Positions 13,323-23,822 of a stretch of DNA of 64,000 nt are shown one piece after another (the first letter of the stretch is position 1; every line of letters begins with the position of its first letter). The stretch covers positions 124,001-188,000 of the forward strand of contig OZ251226.1 of assembly GCA_965240325.2 (NCBI GenBank). Direction: 5' to 3'. The stretch is from Rebecca billardiae RCC1528. Its lineage: Eukaryota; Protista; Haptophyta. Under the pieces are notes generated by a model that searched no databases, was not told the DNA's origin, and worked only from the letters and a program-made list of their open reading frames with translations. Position numbers and translations under genes: made by a program.

Positions 13323-14231
13323 GTGTGGCGGGTGGCAGCGGTGCATGCCGGTGCTGCTGCCAGAGGAGGTGGCGGCGGCGCGCGCCGCGTCGGGGGCGGG
13401 CGCGCTGGGCAGCGCGGCGCCCGACCTCTCGCCGCCCACGCTCGCCTCCATGCACGCCCTGGTCGTGATCCCCACCGCGGTACGCGCCACGCGCCCGCCG
13501 GCCTGCCCGCCGGCCCGCCTCCGCGCGCGCCGCCCTTCAGACCCTCCGCGCGGCGCCCGCTGCCCGCGCTTCGGCGGCACGCGCGCGCGGCGTGCCTCGC
13601 GCGCCGCTCACGCCCGTCGCGCGCCTCCGCCCTCGCGCCGCCTCGCCCCGCGCAGCCCTCCGCGCACGCGCTCACGCAGGCGTACCGCGCGCGCGTGCCC
13701 ATCCTCGCGCCCGCCGTCTCGCTGCTGTGCGACTGGGAGCGGCGCGGCGGCATCCTGCCGCCGCAGCTCAGGCAGGGCGCGCCCGCGGCGGGCGGGGGCG
13801 GCGGCGGCGGCGGCGGCGCGCTGGGCGGCGGCGGCGCGCGCGGCGGCGGCGTCGGCGGCGTCGGCGCCATGTTTGGCGGCGTCTTCGGCGGCGGCGGTGG
13901 CGGCAGCTCGGACGCGGAGCGCGAGCAGCGGGCGCAGCCGGCCGCTGCGCCGGGCGGCGCGGCCGGCGCCGACGGCGGCGGCGCGGCCGGCCTCAACGGC
14001 ACGCGCGCGGCGGACCGGTGCTTCGAGTGGGCGTCGCTGCTCGAGCCGTACAGCTGGGCGCACGTGCGCACCTTCAGCTCGTGGGCCGAGCTGCACGAGC
14101 AGCTGCGCGCGCTCGACGAGCTGCGCGCGACGTCGGAGCGCATGCGCGCGCGCAACCGCGAGGTGCGCGCAGAGCTGGCGGGCGCGTGGGCGCAGCTGCT
14201 CGCCAAGGGCGGCGCGGAGGCGGCGGCGTGA
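6778..14231 (+). CDS. Large type II membrane protein with about 5 PAN/Apple-like Cys domains and glycosyltransferase-like C-terminal regions; exons 6778-13479 and 13656-14231
   Basis: N-terminal TM segment (FCFVALFVLFGVNLFQLVVL); repeated C-x3-C-x5-C-x-[AG]F motifs; phase-0 intron GTACGC(13480)..CGCAG(13655) joins LVVIPTA to PSAHALTQAYRARVPILAP. Confidence 0.7.
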
Positions 14232-14829
14232 GGCGGCGGCATGTCCGCCCGGGCCGTCGGCCGCCCGGCGGCCGCGCTCGAAGCGTCCACGGTCGCAGTG
14301 CTTCACACGCGATGTAGCCTTGAAGTCACTAGCCGCGCTTAGTCCCAGTCGGCATCGTATTCGTGGCGGTCGCGGCTACCCAGACCGGTCTGATTCGGCT
14401 GCGGAGGCACGCGCATTCGGCTTTCAGCGTCGAGAAACCGTCGGCAAGTTCCGCGCCACTGGATTTCGTAAATTGCGCTGGTTGGCGCGCTCCAACCAAA
14501 ACCTGCGCATCCGATCCGACGAAACTCGAGTTGGCAGTGATGGATATGGATGGACCAATCGGGTGCGGCGCTCGCCGACGCCCCTCCCGTGAGTGGCTGG
14601 ACGGCCGGCGGCCGGTGGCGACGCCGGCAACCGCGATCGCTGACCTCGCGCGTCAAGCAGTACCGCAGAGCCAGGTGACCGTCCGCACGCCGCCGCGCCG
14701 CGACCGCAGCGCGCGCACCCACGCGCAGCGCACGCGGGGCGCGCGCGGGGCGCTCACGCACGTCACCTCCCCGCACCCGCGCGCCGCGCCCGCCCGCGCC
14801 GCCGCAGCTCCTCCCCACTCTCCGCAGAC

Positions 14830-15409
14830 ATGTCGTTTGAGGGCGTGCGTCCGGGCGGCGGTGTCAACCCCAACCCGCTCGCGGGCGGCTTCACGGGCAT
14901 GAAGGGCGCGAAGTTCACGCGCTTCTGGATCGTGCGTGGCATCGCGCCGTCACGCCGCCGCCCGCGCCGCGCGCCGCCGCGCGCCGCGCGTGCACAGCTC
15001 ACCCGCACGCGCGCGCGCGCCCCCCCACACCAACCGCCTGCCGCCCGCAGCTCGGACGGCCGGAGGTGTGGCCGCTCCTCGGCGCCGTGGGCATCGGCGC
15101 GGTGCTGATGACGTGGGGTCTCGCGCGGGTGAGCGCGCCGCGCGCCTCCCGCGCCCGGCGCCACCCGCCCCGCGCCCACCTCCTCACCCGCCACCGCCCG
15201 CCTCGCCCCGGGTGCCGCAGGAGTTCTCCTCCAACCCGAGGTACGCACTCGCCAAGTCGAAGCGCGCGGACCACGAGGTGCAGTTCGACGGCGCGACACA
15301 GGAGCGCTTCCGCGCCACGCCCATCATCCCGCACCCGAAGAACGAGTTCTCGCTCTTCCCGTTCACCTACAAGTCGCTCGAGCAGCGGACGCGCGCCGGC
15401 CCGCAGTAG
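14830..15409 (+). CDS. NDUFA4/B12D (MLRQ) family small mitochondrial protein, 122 aa; exons 14830-14931, 15051-15128, 15221-15409
   Basis: Spliced product ..RFWILGRPEVWPLLGAVGIGAVLMTWGLAREFSSNPRYALAKSKR.. matches the PEVxPL-TM-NP family pattern; two phase-0 GT-AG introns. Confidence 0.8.
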
Positions 15410-15834
15410 ACTGGCAGTACTCGGTCCCGTCCGCAGGCGGGATTGGGAATGGCCTGTCGTCGGGCACGGCGACGCCGCGGCGCGGACTCAGCTCTGAGCT
15501 GCGGCCAGGCTCCACCACAAGCGCGGGCCATCGCGCCGGAGTCAGTAGTAGTAGAACAAAATCCTTACAGGGGGGCCCACAATGCCGTATTGGCTGAGTA
15601 TTACTTATTGATGAGTTTTTAAAAAATAATAACTGTCAAGTTTGAAACGGCGCCCACGGGTTGGGCGAAAAAAAAAGATTCGCCCCCTTCTCGCCCTAGC
15701 TCTCAGCATGTCACTGACAGTTACCTATCGCTGTCAGGACATCCGTGATCCGTCACTGACGACGAGTGCCGCGGCACGGCTGCGTACCACTCGGCGGCAC
15801 TTAGTCGGCCGGCTGACGGTTCGGGTTAGGCGCC

Positions 15835-16188
15835 GCGACAGGTGCGGAGGTCGGGCATTCGGTCGGGTGCACCCGCGCGCTGTCCGGCGCGCTTGCCGGT
15901 GGCTCCGCGGATGTCATGACAGTCCGCGTTCCCCTCCCCGCGCCCGTGTCCGACCACGTCCACGACCGCGCCCGCCACTCAACGCGCGCCGCCCCCACTA
16001 GTGACTAGGCGCTGCGGTGCCAGGCCGCCGAGCCCGATGCGTCAGCGTGCGATTTTGTGCGACAGGTGGAGGTCGGACATTCGGTCGGGTGCACCCGCGC
16101 GCTGTCAGGCGCGCTTGCCGATGGCTCCGCGGATGTCATGACAGTCCGCGTTCCCCTCCCGGCCTCCCCGCGCCCGTGTCCGACCACG
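15835..16188. repeat. Imperfect direct repeat of about 125 bp (15835-15958 and 16059-16188)
   Basis: Shared GCGACAGGTG..CATTCGGTCGGGTGCACCCGCGCGCTGTC..GGATGTCATGACAGTCCGCGTTCCCCTCCC..GTGTCCGACCACG with a few substitutions and indels. Confidence 0.9.
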
Positions 16189-17000
16189 CGGCACGCCGCG
16201 CCTGCCCGAACGCGCGCGCCGCGCCGCCCCCGCCCGACGGTGCGCACCTTGGGCGTCTGGAGCTTCGTGCGTTTCAGACTCGACACTTATACTATGCCCC
16301 CCCCGTACTGGTCTGAATCCGTAGCCCAGTCCTATTACCGACCGACGACCCGGTTGATAGTCTGACTCCGCTGCCGCAGGCCGACACGGCGAGAGGTCAG
16401 GTGTCACGGTCGAGCCGCCCGGGCCAACCGACCGTTACCGCCGTAGTCAAAACAATAATCGATGAATCACCGGATTCATCCGTCGATGCTCCGAAGCCTG
16501 ATGAATATGGGGGGAGGTAGCAACGACGACGGCTCCGCATTATTCAAACTTCGTGGGGAGAAGATACTCACTTGAGTGTCCAAGATGCATATGTCCTTAA
16601 CACACTCAGTCATCGGTCAAATGAGTACCCACTGATTGCACGATCGTCAGGCGAGCTGTCTGATTGGTTGCTAACACCCAAGCCATGTTACCCGCGAGTT
16701 TTGCCCGGGAAAGGGCGGGTATTATAAGAAGTTTCCAGATCGGCCTAGATGTGTCGCGCCTGATAGTGCGCTTCGTGGTCAATAGAGCCGATCCCCCATC
16801 CCGGACAACCCGTACGTCCGGGTTTCGTCATGTCAATCTTCGCGCTTCTCACCCAATTACTTTAGCGCGCGAGAATTGCCCGTGGCGGTCGGCCCTCGGC
16901 ACATCAACCTGGGCTGAGCAAGCACGACGCACGTAGTGCCGCAATCACACCAGCCCGCGCTGCTGAGCAACGCCCCACCAGCCAGCCTAGCCCGCCCGAG

Positions 17001-19986
17001 ATGGAGCACGACGCTGATCCCGCGCAGATCACGCCGCCAACCTCCGCGCCGATCGACCGCGCGCGCGCGCGCAAGTCGCCCAAGTACACCAAGCAGGGCG
17101 GCGCGGGCGCGCGCGGCGGCCGCGGCGGCGGCGGCGGCGGCGCGGGCGCGCACGGCGGCGCGGCGCCGCCGCCCGGCGCGCTCGGCTTGTACGCGGGCGT
17201 GCCCTTCGCTGGCGCGCCCCACCCGATCGACCTCACCGCCCCCGTCCTCGGCGCCAACGGCGAGCTCGTCTTCCCGCCCGGCACGCCGCCCGCGCACGTC
17301 GCGCTCGCCGCCGCGGCCGCCGCGGCCGCGGGCATGCCGCCGCCCGTGCACCTGTCCCCGGAGAGCCCGCCGGCGGGGCTGGGGTACCTCCCGTCGGACG
17401 ACGACCCGGCGCACGAGCGCGCCGTCCTCGCCCACGCCGTCCGCGCCCAGGTCGAGTACTACTTCTCGACCGCCAACCTGTGCCGAGACGAGTTCCTGCG
17501 GATGCAGATGGACGCGGACGGCTGGGTGTCGCTGCCGACGATCTGCTCGTTCAACCGGATGAGGCTGCTCACGCAGGACCTCACGCTCGTCGCCGAGGCG
17601 CTCTCCGGCTCGCTCGCCGTTGAGGTCTCCGAGCGCGGCATCCGCGTCCGCGGCGACTGGCAGCAGTGGCTGCTGCCGGCCGCCGCCGCCGCGGGCGCGG
17701 GCGCGCCCGGCCGCGCGCCGACGAGCGGCCCGCAGTCGCCCGCGGCGGCGCGGGCCGCGACGCCGGGGCCTCTCAGCTACAAGGCGGCTGCCGTCGCCGC
17801 CGCGCGCGCCGAGGCGGACGTGCCCGCGCCCGCGCCCGCGCCCGCGGGGCCGCCGGGCGCGGCGGCGCGGCCACAGCCGCGCCCGCCCGCGGCACAGCCG
17901 CAGCCGCAGCCGCAGCCGCAGCCGCAGCCGCAGCCGCGCGCGGCGGGCACGGAGGGCCCTGGTAGCGGCGTGCTCAGCGTGAGCGCGTGGACGCAGCACC
18001 ACACCCCGCCGCCCGGCGGCTCGCCGCGCCACCACGGCGCCGCGGCCGCCGCCTCCGCCCGGCAGCCGGCTGGCACAGCCCCAGGGGCCGCCCGCGCGCC
18101 GCCGCCGCCGCGGCCCACTGGCCCGCCCTCAGACTCGGAGCTCTCGGCCGCCGAGACGCAGGAGCAGGCGCAGATGCACTCTCGCCGCTCAGAGGTGCGC
18201 GCGCGCGCGCGCTCGCCGCGCTCGCGCGCGCTCGCCGCGCTCGCGCCCGGCGCGCCGCGACGCTGCGCACGCGCGCGCTCAGCTGGACACGCGGCCGCGC
18301 GCCCATGCTTGCGCTTGGCGCGCGCCGCCGTGCCGTGCCGCCTCCCGCCGGCACCGCAGGACGGGCCGCGCAGCATCTCGCGCCGGGACTCGCCCGATCT
18401 GGGGCTGGGCGTCGTCGCCGCCCACGGGGCGGCGCCGCCGGCTGGCGGCGCCGGGGGCCGGGCCGCGGCGGGCGCGCTCAGCGCGGGTGCGGAGTGCGCC
18501 GGCCGAGCGCTGCCACCGGGCGCAGAGCCTGTGCTGCCACCGGGTGCGGAGCCTGTGTCGCCGCAGCCGCCGTCGGCGCGGCGGCAGAAGAGCCGCGGGA
18601 GCCGGGGCGGGCCGAAGCCCGCGGCCGGCGCGGCCGGCGCGTGCGCCAAGGGCAAGGGTTCCGAGGCTGCGATTGTGATCGAGGTGCGCTGCAGGCCCGA
18701 GCTGAGGCCCCAGCTGAGGCCCCCCACACACGTCTGGCGGCACACACGCGCGATTGCGCTGCCGCCGCAATGCGGCTGCGGCTGCGGCCTGGCTGCGCGC
18801 GCCGAGCGGCGCGCGCGTCCACGCCCACCCGCGGTGGGGACCTCGCGCTGACGCCTGTCGCGCGCGCCATGCCTCCGCGGCGCGCGCCACGCCGCGCCAC
18901 GCCGCGCAGGAGTTTGTGCTGCCCGCCGACGAGCCGCACCTGCCCTCTCTCGCTGAGCGCGTCGCGGCCGCCGCCGCCGCCGCGCCGCCGCCGCCGCCGC
19001 CGGCCGTGCACAGCAGCAGGGCGGCGTCGGGCCCTCGCGGCGCGGCCAAGCGCAGCAGCGCAGCCGCCGCCGCGCCGAGCGCGCCGGCCGCCGCCGCGCC
19101 GTCCGCCACCGAGGCTGCGGCGCACGCCGCGGCGCCCGCGGCCGCGCCGCTTCCGCCGCCGTCGCCGCCCACAGAGCCCGCGCTGCCGCCGAGTGCGCAG
19201 CGGCGGCCGCAGCAGCAGCAGCCGCCGCCCGCGCCGCCCTGCGCGCCGCCGTCGGCTCTTCCGCCCGCCGCCTCTGGCGTGAAGCCGCGCCGAGCGGCCG
19301 CGCCGCCCGCGCCGACGCCGCCTGCGACGGCCAAGCCTGCGGCGGGCGGCGCCGCGGCCGCGCGCGCGCCAGGGTTGCGCGCGCGCGCCGGCAGCGGCGG
19401 CGGCAGCAGCGGCAGCAGCGGCAGCGGCAGCAGCGCCGCCCCTCCGCCTCGGCTGCTGCAGCGGCTGCGCTGCGCGGGCGGCGCGCTGCTCGAGCTCCGT
19501 CCGCGCGCGGCGCTCCTCCACTCGCGCGCCGCGCAGGGCTGCCTCGTCCTCGCCAGCGCACTCGCCCTGCGCGCGGCGCCTGCCGCGCACGCCCTCTGCC
19601 ACCGCGCTGGGCTCGGTGGTCTGGTCACGCTGGCGCAGAGGCTGACGGACGTGAGCGCCGCGCGCACGCGCGGCGCGCCGTGTCGCGTCGGCGCCTGTGT
19701 GCTCCATGCCGCGCGCGCGCGTTCCGTGCCGCGCCGCCGCCCTCGCGGCCGCTTGCTCATCCGCGCGCGCCCGCCCGCGCCACGCCCGCCCGCGCCGCGC
19801 GCCGGCTCGGCCACCTGTGCCTGTGCCTTCTGCTGTGTCTCTCGTCCCTCGCGCGTTTGCCTCGCGCAGGGTGTGCTCCACTCGCACGGGCTGATCGCCT
19901 CGCTCGCGTGGTCGGTGGTGGCCGTGCACGTGGTGGGCCATCTGTGGGGGCACCTCGCCCTCGCCTTCTCCGACCGCCGCACCTGA
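17001..19986 (+). CDS. La-motif (LARP) RNA-binding protein; exons 17001-18194, 18360-18683, 18910-19650, 19870-19986
   Basis: La HTH motif VRAQVEYYFSTANLCRDEFLRMQMDADGWVSLPTICSFNRMRLLT; three phase-0 GT-AG introns restore one ORF. The 3' exons are less certain. Confidence 0.8.
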
Positions 19987-20812
19987 CGCGCGGCGCGGCG
20001 CGGCGCGGCACAGGGGCGCGCGCGCGCCGTCGAGCCGCGGGCTCGGGCCGCTGCTGCGCCGCGCGCCCGAGCCTGGGGCGGGCGCCGACTCGGGCCTGGC
20101 TGCGGCCCGCTCTGCCTCGCAGTCGCGCGCTGTGCACGATCGAGTGCTGGCAGCGTCGTCGAGTGCTCCCGCGGGCTGCCCCTCCGGGCCCGCCGCTCGG
20201 ATGCCCCCGGCTCCGCGCACGGCTTGGCGCCGTGCCCGGCGACCGGTGGCGCGCGCAGCTGCGGGTCTGTCGACGCCGAGGGCGCGGGGCCCTCGGCGCT
20301 GGGCCCATCAGCGGCGCTGGAACCAGACAGAGGCGGGGGATTGACCGCCGAGCCCTCCGGGCTATGCGTCTGACGAGAGCCGTCGTGCTGAGCCTGAGTC
20401 GGCAGACGCGGCGGCCAGACTGCGCTGCCGCGCACCCGCACCAACTCCGGGTGGAGATGTGGTACCGACGGTGCGGGTGGAAGCTATTAGGCGGGCGGAC
20501 CGCGCGACCGGCGGCGTCAGGCCGCGGTTCGACCGGTCGTGATGTAGCAGTACTATATAAGACTACGATCGACTGCAGCGTCTGCGTAAGTGTTATTACT
20601 ATTAGTAAGTGTGACGACGAGTCGTCGTGATGACGACTAGCTATAACTGACTGAGCAGTCGTGAATACCATTCAGGCGGGCATTGCCGGGTTGCACCCGG
20701 CAATGCTGCATTCACCCCGGTCCTACCGGAATGCAGGGCTCGCCCCGCTGGCCTACAGCTCTGTGACCGTCAGCGCCGCGCGCCACATACCAGGCCACCA
20801 CGACTTCATCAA

Positions 20813-21103
20813 TACTGCTGCACGCATGATGGTACCAGTAGTGACAGAGTACTGGCGGTACCGTGCTGCTCGCATGGTATGGTACTGCTGCGCGCATGGT
20901 ATGGTACTGCTGCGTGCATGATGGTATGGTACTGCTGCGCGCATGGTATGGTACTGCTGTGCGCATGGTAGTATGGTACTCTGCTGCACGCATCGGATCA
21001 GGAGTATGTACTGCTGCTGCGCGCATGGTATGGTACTGCCGCGTGCATGGTATGGTACTGCTGCACGCATGATGGTATGGTACTGGCGGTACTGCTGCGT
21101 ACC
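20813..21103. repeat. Degenerate minisatellite, unit about TACTGCTGCGCGCATGGTATGG (22-25 bp), roughly 10 copies
   Basis: Recurring TACTGCTG..GCATG(ATG)GTATGG units read directly from the sequence. Confidence 0.9.
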
Positions 21104-21380
21104 GACCACGCGCCGCATCCACTGGGAGATCTGCGGCCGCAAGAAGCGCGCGCCTTGGCGAGGGCGAAGCATCGTAGACCCGCCTGCGCGCAGTGCTTCC
21201 GCACCGCCGGCCGGGGCGGTCCGGCACTGCTTGCTTGGTGTTTGTCCGGCTTCCTCAGCATCATGACATCATCACAGTCCTCACTCCTTCACCGATCACT
21301 GTGCACCGATCTCTTGAAGGGAGCGAGCAACGGCGGAGGACGAAGCTGAAGCAGTGTGCTCTTGCCGAACCGCGTGGTCG

Positions 21381-21918
21381 GCACACACTGGCACACACTG
21401 GCACACACTGGCACACACTGGCACACACTGGCACACACTGGCACACACTGGCACACACTGGCACACACTGGCACACACTGGCACACACTGGCACACACTG
21501 GCACACACTGGCACACACTGGCACACACTGGCACACACTGGCACACACTGGCACACACTGGCACACACTGGCACACACTGGCACACACTGGCACACACTG
21601 GCACACACTGGCACACACTGGCACACACTGGCACACACTGGCACACACTGGCACACACTGGCACACACTGGCACACACTGGCACACACTGGCACACACTG
21701 GCACACACTGGCACACACTGGCACACACTGGCACACACTGGCACACACTGGCACACACTGGCACACACTGGCACACACTGGCACACACTGGCACACACTG
21801 GCACACACTGGCACACACTGGCACACACTGGCACACACTGGCACACACTGGCACACACTGGCACACACTGGCACACACTGGCACACACTGGCACACACTG
21901 GCACACACTGGCACACTG
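21381..21918 (+). repeat. Perfect 10-bp tandem array (GCACACACTG)x53 plus one 8-nt unit
   Basis: Directly visible. Confidence 0.99.
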
Positions 21919-23042
21919 GCGAAAGCGAGCCTCCCCAAGGGTGGTTGCTCAGGGTCGCCGACTCCAGCGGAGTCCGGCGCCGGAACTTCACCTCCGATTT
22001 TTTGCGGCGGCGCGGCGTGCGGGGCCGCCGCCGCTGTGGCGGGCCGCTCGGGGCGTGCACGGCGTGGGCTCGTGCGGCCGCTGCCGCGCACGCCGAGCGA
22101 TCCGGCGCGGGCTCGCGGCTTGTCGATGGCCTCGCGCGCCGCAGCGCGGCGCGCGCCTTGCCTAGCTTCGCCTGTCTCGCGCCTTGGCCGCCGTGCACGC
22201 GTGCGCCGCCAAACCGCAAGCTCGGCATAGCTCTCAGCCGAGCGTGCACGTGCCTTGCGCGACGCGACGCGGGCATTGCCGGCGGGTGATGTAGCCGTAG
22301 TGCGAGCGCGCGTCGTGAAGCCTCGACGCGGATCGTGAGTGTCTTCAACGTCTCGGTCAGCTGTCGACAACAGCTGACGGCACCAACCACCAATGGACAC
22401 CACGGTCCGCTCCGTTGAACGACTCTCAGGGCTATCGCGACGCTGCAACTCGTGAAGACTAGTCGAGCGTTGTTGTCAAGAAACACACGCCACTATGTCA
22501 TGCGTGCGGGCCTTGCGTGACGATGCGACATGACGATCGCCCCGGCAAGAGAGTCAGTCGTCAAGCTTTGAGCACTGCTCAACGCACAGATGGTCCACGC
22601 GCGTACGCGGCATCGTCTCATTGCTCTCGATCCGCGCCGAGGCTTCACGACGCGCGCTCGCACTACGGCTACATCGCCCGCTGGCAATGCCCGCGTCGCG
22701 TCGCGCAAGGCACGTGCACGCTCGGCTGAGAGCTATGCCGAGCTTGCGGTTTGGCGGCGCACGCGTGCACGGCGGCCAAGGCGCGAGACAGGCGAAGCTA
22801 GGCAAGGCGCGCGCCGCGCTGCGGCGCGCGAGGCCATCGACAAGCCGCGAGCCCGCGCCGGATCGCTCGGCGTGCGCGGCAGCGGCCGCACGAGCCCACG
22901 CCGTGCACGCCCCGAGCGGCCCGCCACAGCGGCGGCGGCCCCGCACGCCGCGCCGCCGCAAAAAATCGGAGGTGAAGTTCCGGCGCCGGACTCCGCTGGA
23001 GTCGGCGACCCTGAGCAACCACCCTTGGGGAGGCTCGCTTTC

Positions 23043-23722
23043 GCCAGTGTGCCAGTGTGTGCCAGTGTGTGCCAGTGTGTGCCAGTGTGTGCCAGTGTGT
23101 GCCAGTGTGTGCCAGTGTGTGCCAGTGTGTGCCAGTGTGTGCCAGTGTGTGCCAGTGTGTGCCAGTGTGTGCCAGTGTGTGCCAGTGTGTGCCAGTGTGT
23201 GCCAGTGTGTGCCAGTGTGTGCCAGTGTGTGCCAGTGTGTGCCAGTGTGTGCCAGTGTGTGCCAGTGTGTGCCAGTGTGTGCCAGTGTGTGCCAGTGTGT
23301 GCCAGTGTGTGCCAGTGTGTGCCAGTGTGTGCCAGTGTGTGCCAGTGTGTGCCAGTGTGTGCCAGTGTGTGCCAGTGTGTGCCAGTGTGTGCCAGTGTGT
23401 GCCAGTGTGTGCCAGTGTGTGCCAGTGTGTGCCAGTGTGTGCCAGTGTGTGCCAGTGTGTGCCAGTGTGTGCCAGTGTGTGCCAGTGTGTGCCAGTGTGT
23501 GCCAGTGTGTGCCAGTGTGTGCCAGTGTGTGCCAGTGTGTGCCAGTGTGTGCCAGTGTGTGCCAGTGTGTGCCAGTGTGTGCCAGTGTGTGCCAGTGTGT
23601 GCCAGTGTGTGCCAGTGTGTGCCAGTGTGTGCCAGTGTGTGCCAGTGTGTGCCAGTGTGTGCCAGTGTGTGCCAGTGTGTGCCAGTGTGTGCCAGTGTGT
23701 GCCAGTGTGTGCCAGTGTGTGC

Positions 23723-23730
<8 letters not shown>
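23043..23730 (+). repeat. Perfect 10-bp tandem array (GCCAGTGTGT)x68 plus one 8-nt unit; reverse complement of the left array
   Basis: Directly visible. Confidence 0.99.
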
Positions 23731-23764
<34 letters not shown>

Positions 23765-23772
23765 GTGTGTGT

Positions 23773-23819
<47 letters not shown>
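23731..23819. repeat. (GT)n microsatellite
   Basis: Directly visible, with two interruptions. Confidence 0.98.

Positions 23820-23822
<3 letters not shown>

Larger units (their letters stand above)
21380..23820. mobile_element. Foldback-like palindromic element: (GCACACACTG)53 - 415-bp arm - 292-bp spacer - inverted arm - (GCCAGTGTGT)68 - (GT)n
   Basis: 21919-22335 is the near-perfect reverse complement of 22628-23044; the outer arrays are reverse complements of each other. The structure is certain; mobility is inferred. Confidence 0.6.

Noticed and set aside
20813-23730. CRISPR-like array
   Set aside because: Repeats are contiguous with no unique spacers, there are no cas genes, and the context is eukaryotic.
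21381-23730. True telomere or head-to-head telomere fusion
   Set aside because: The unit is not TTAGGG-like, the locus is interstitial, and the G-rich strands point outward from the centre, opposite to an end-to-end fusion.
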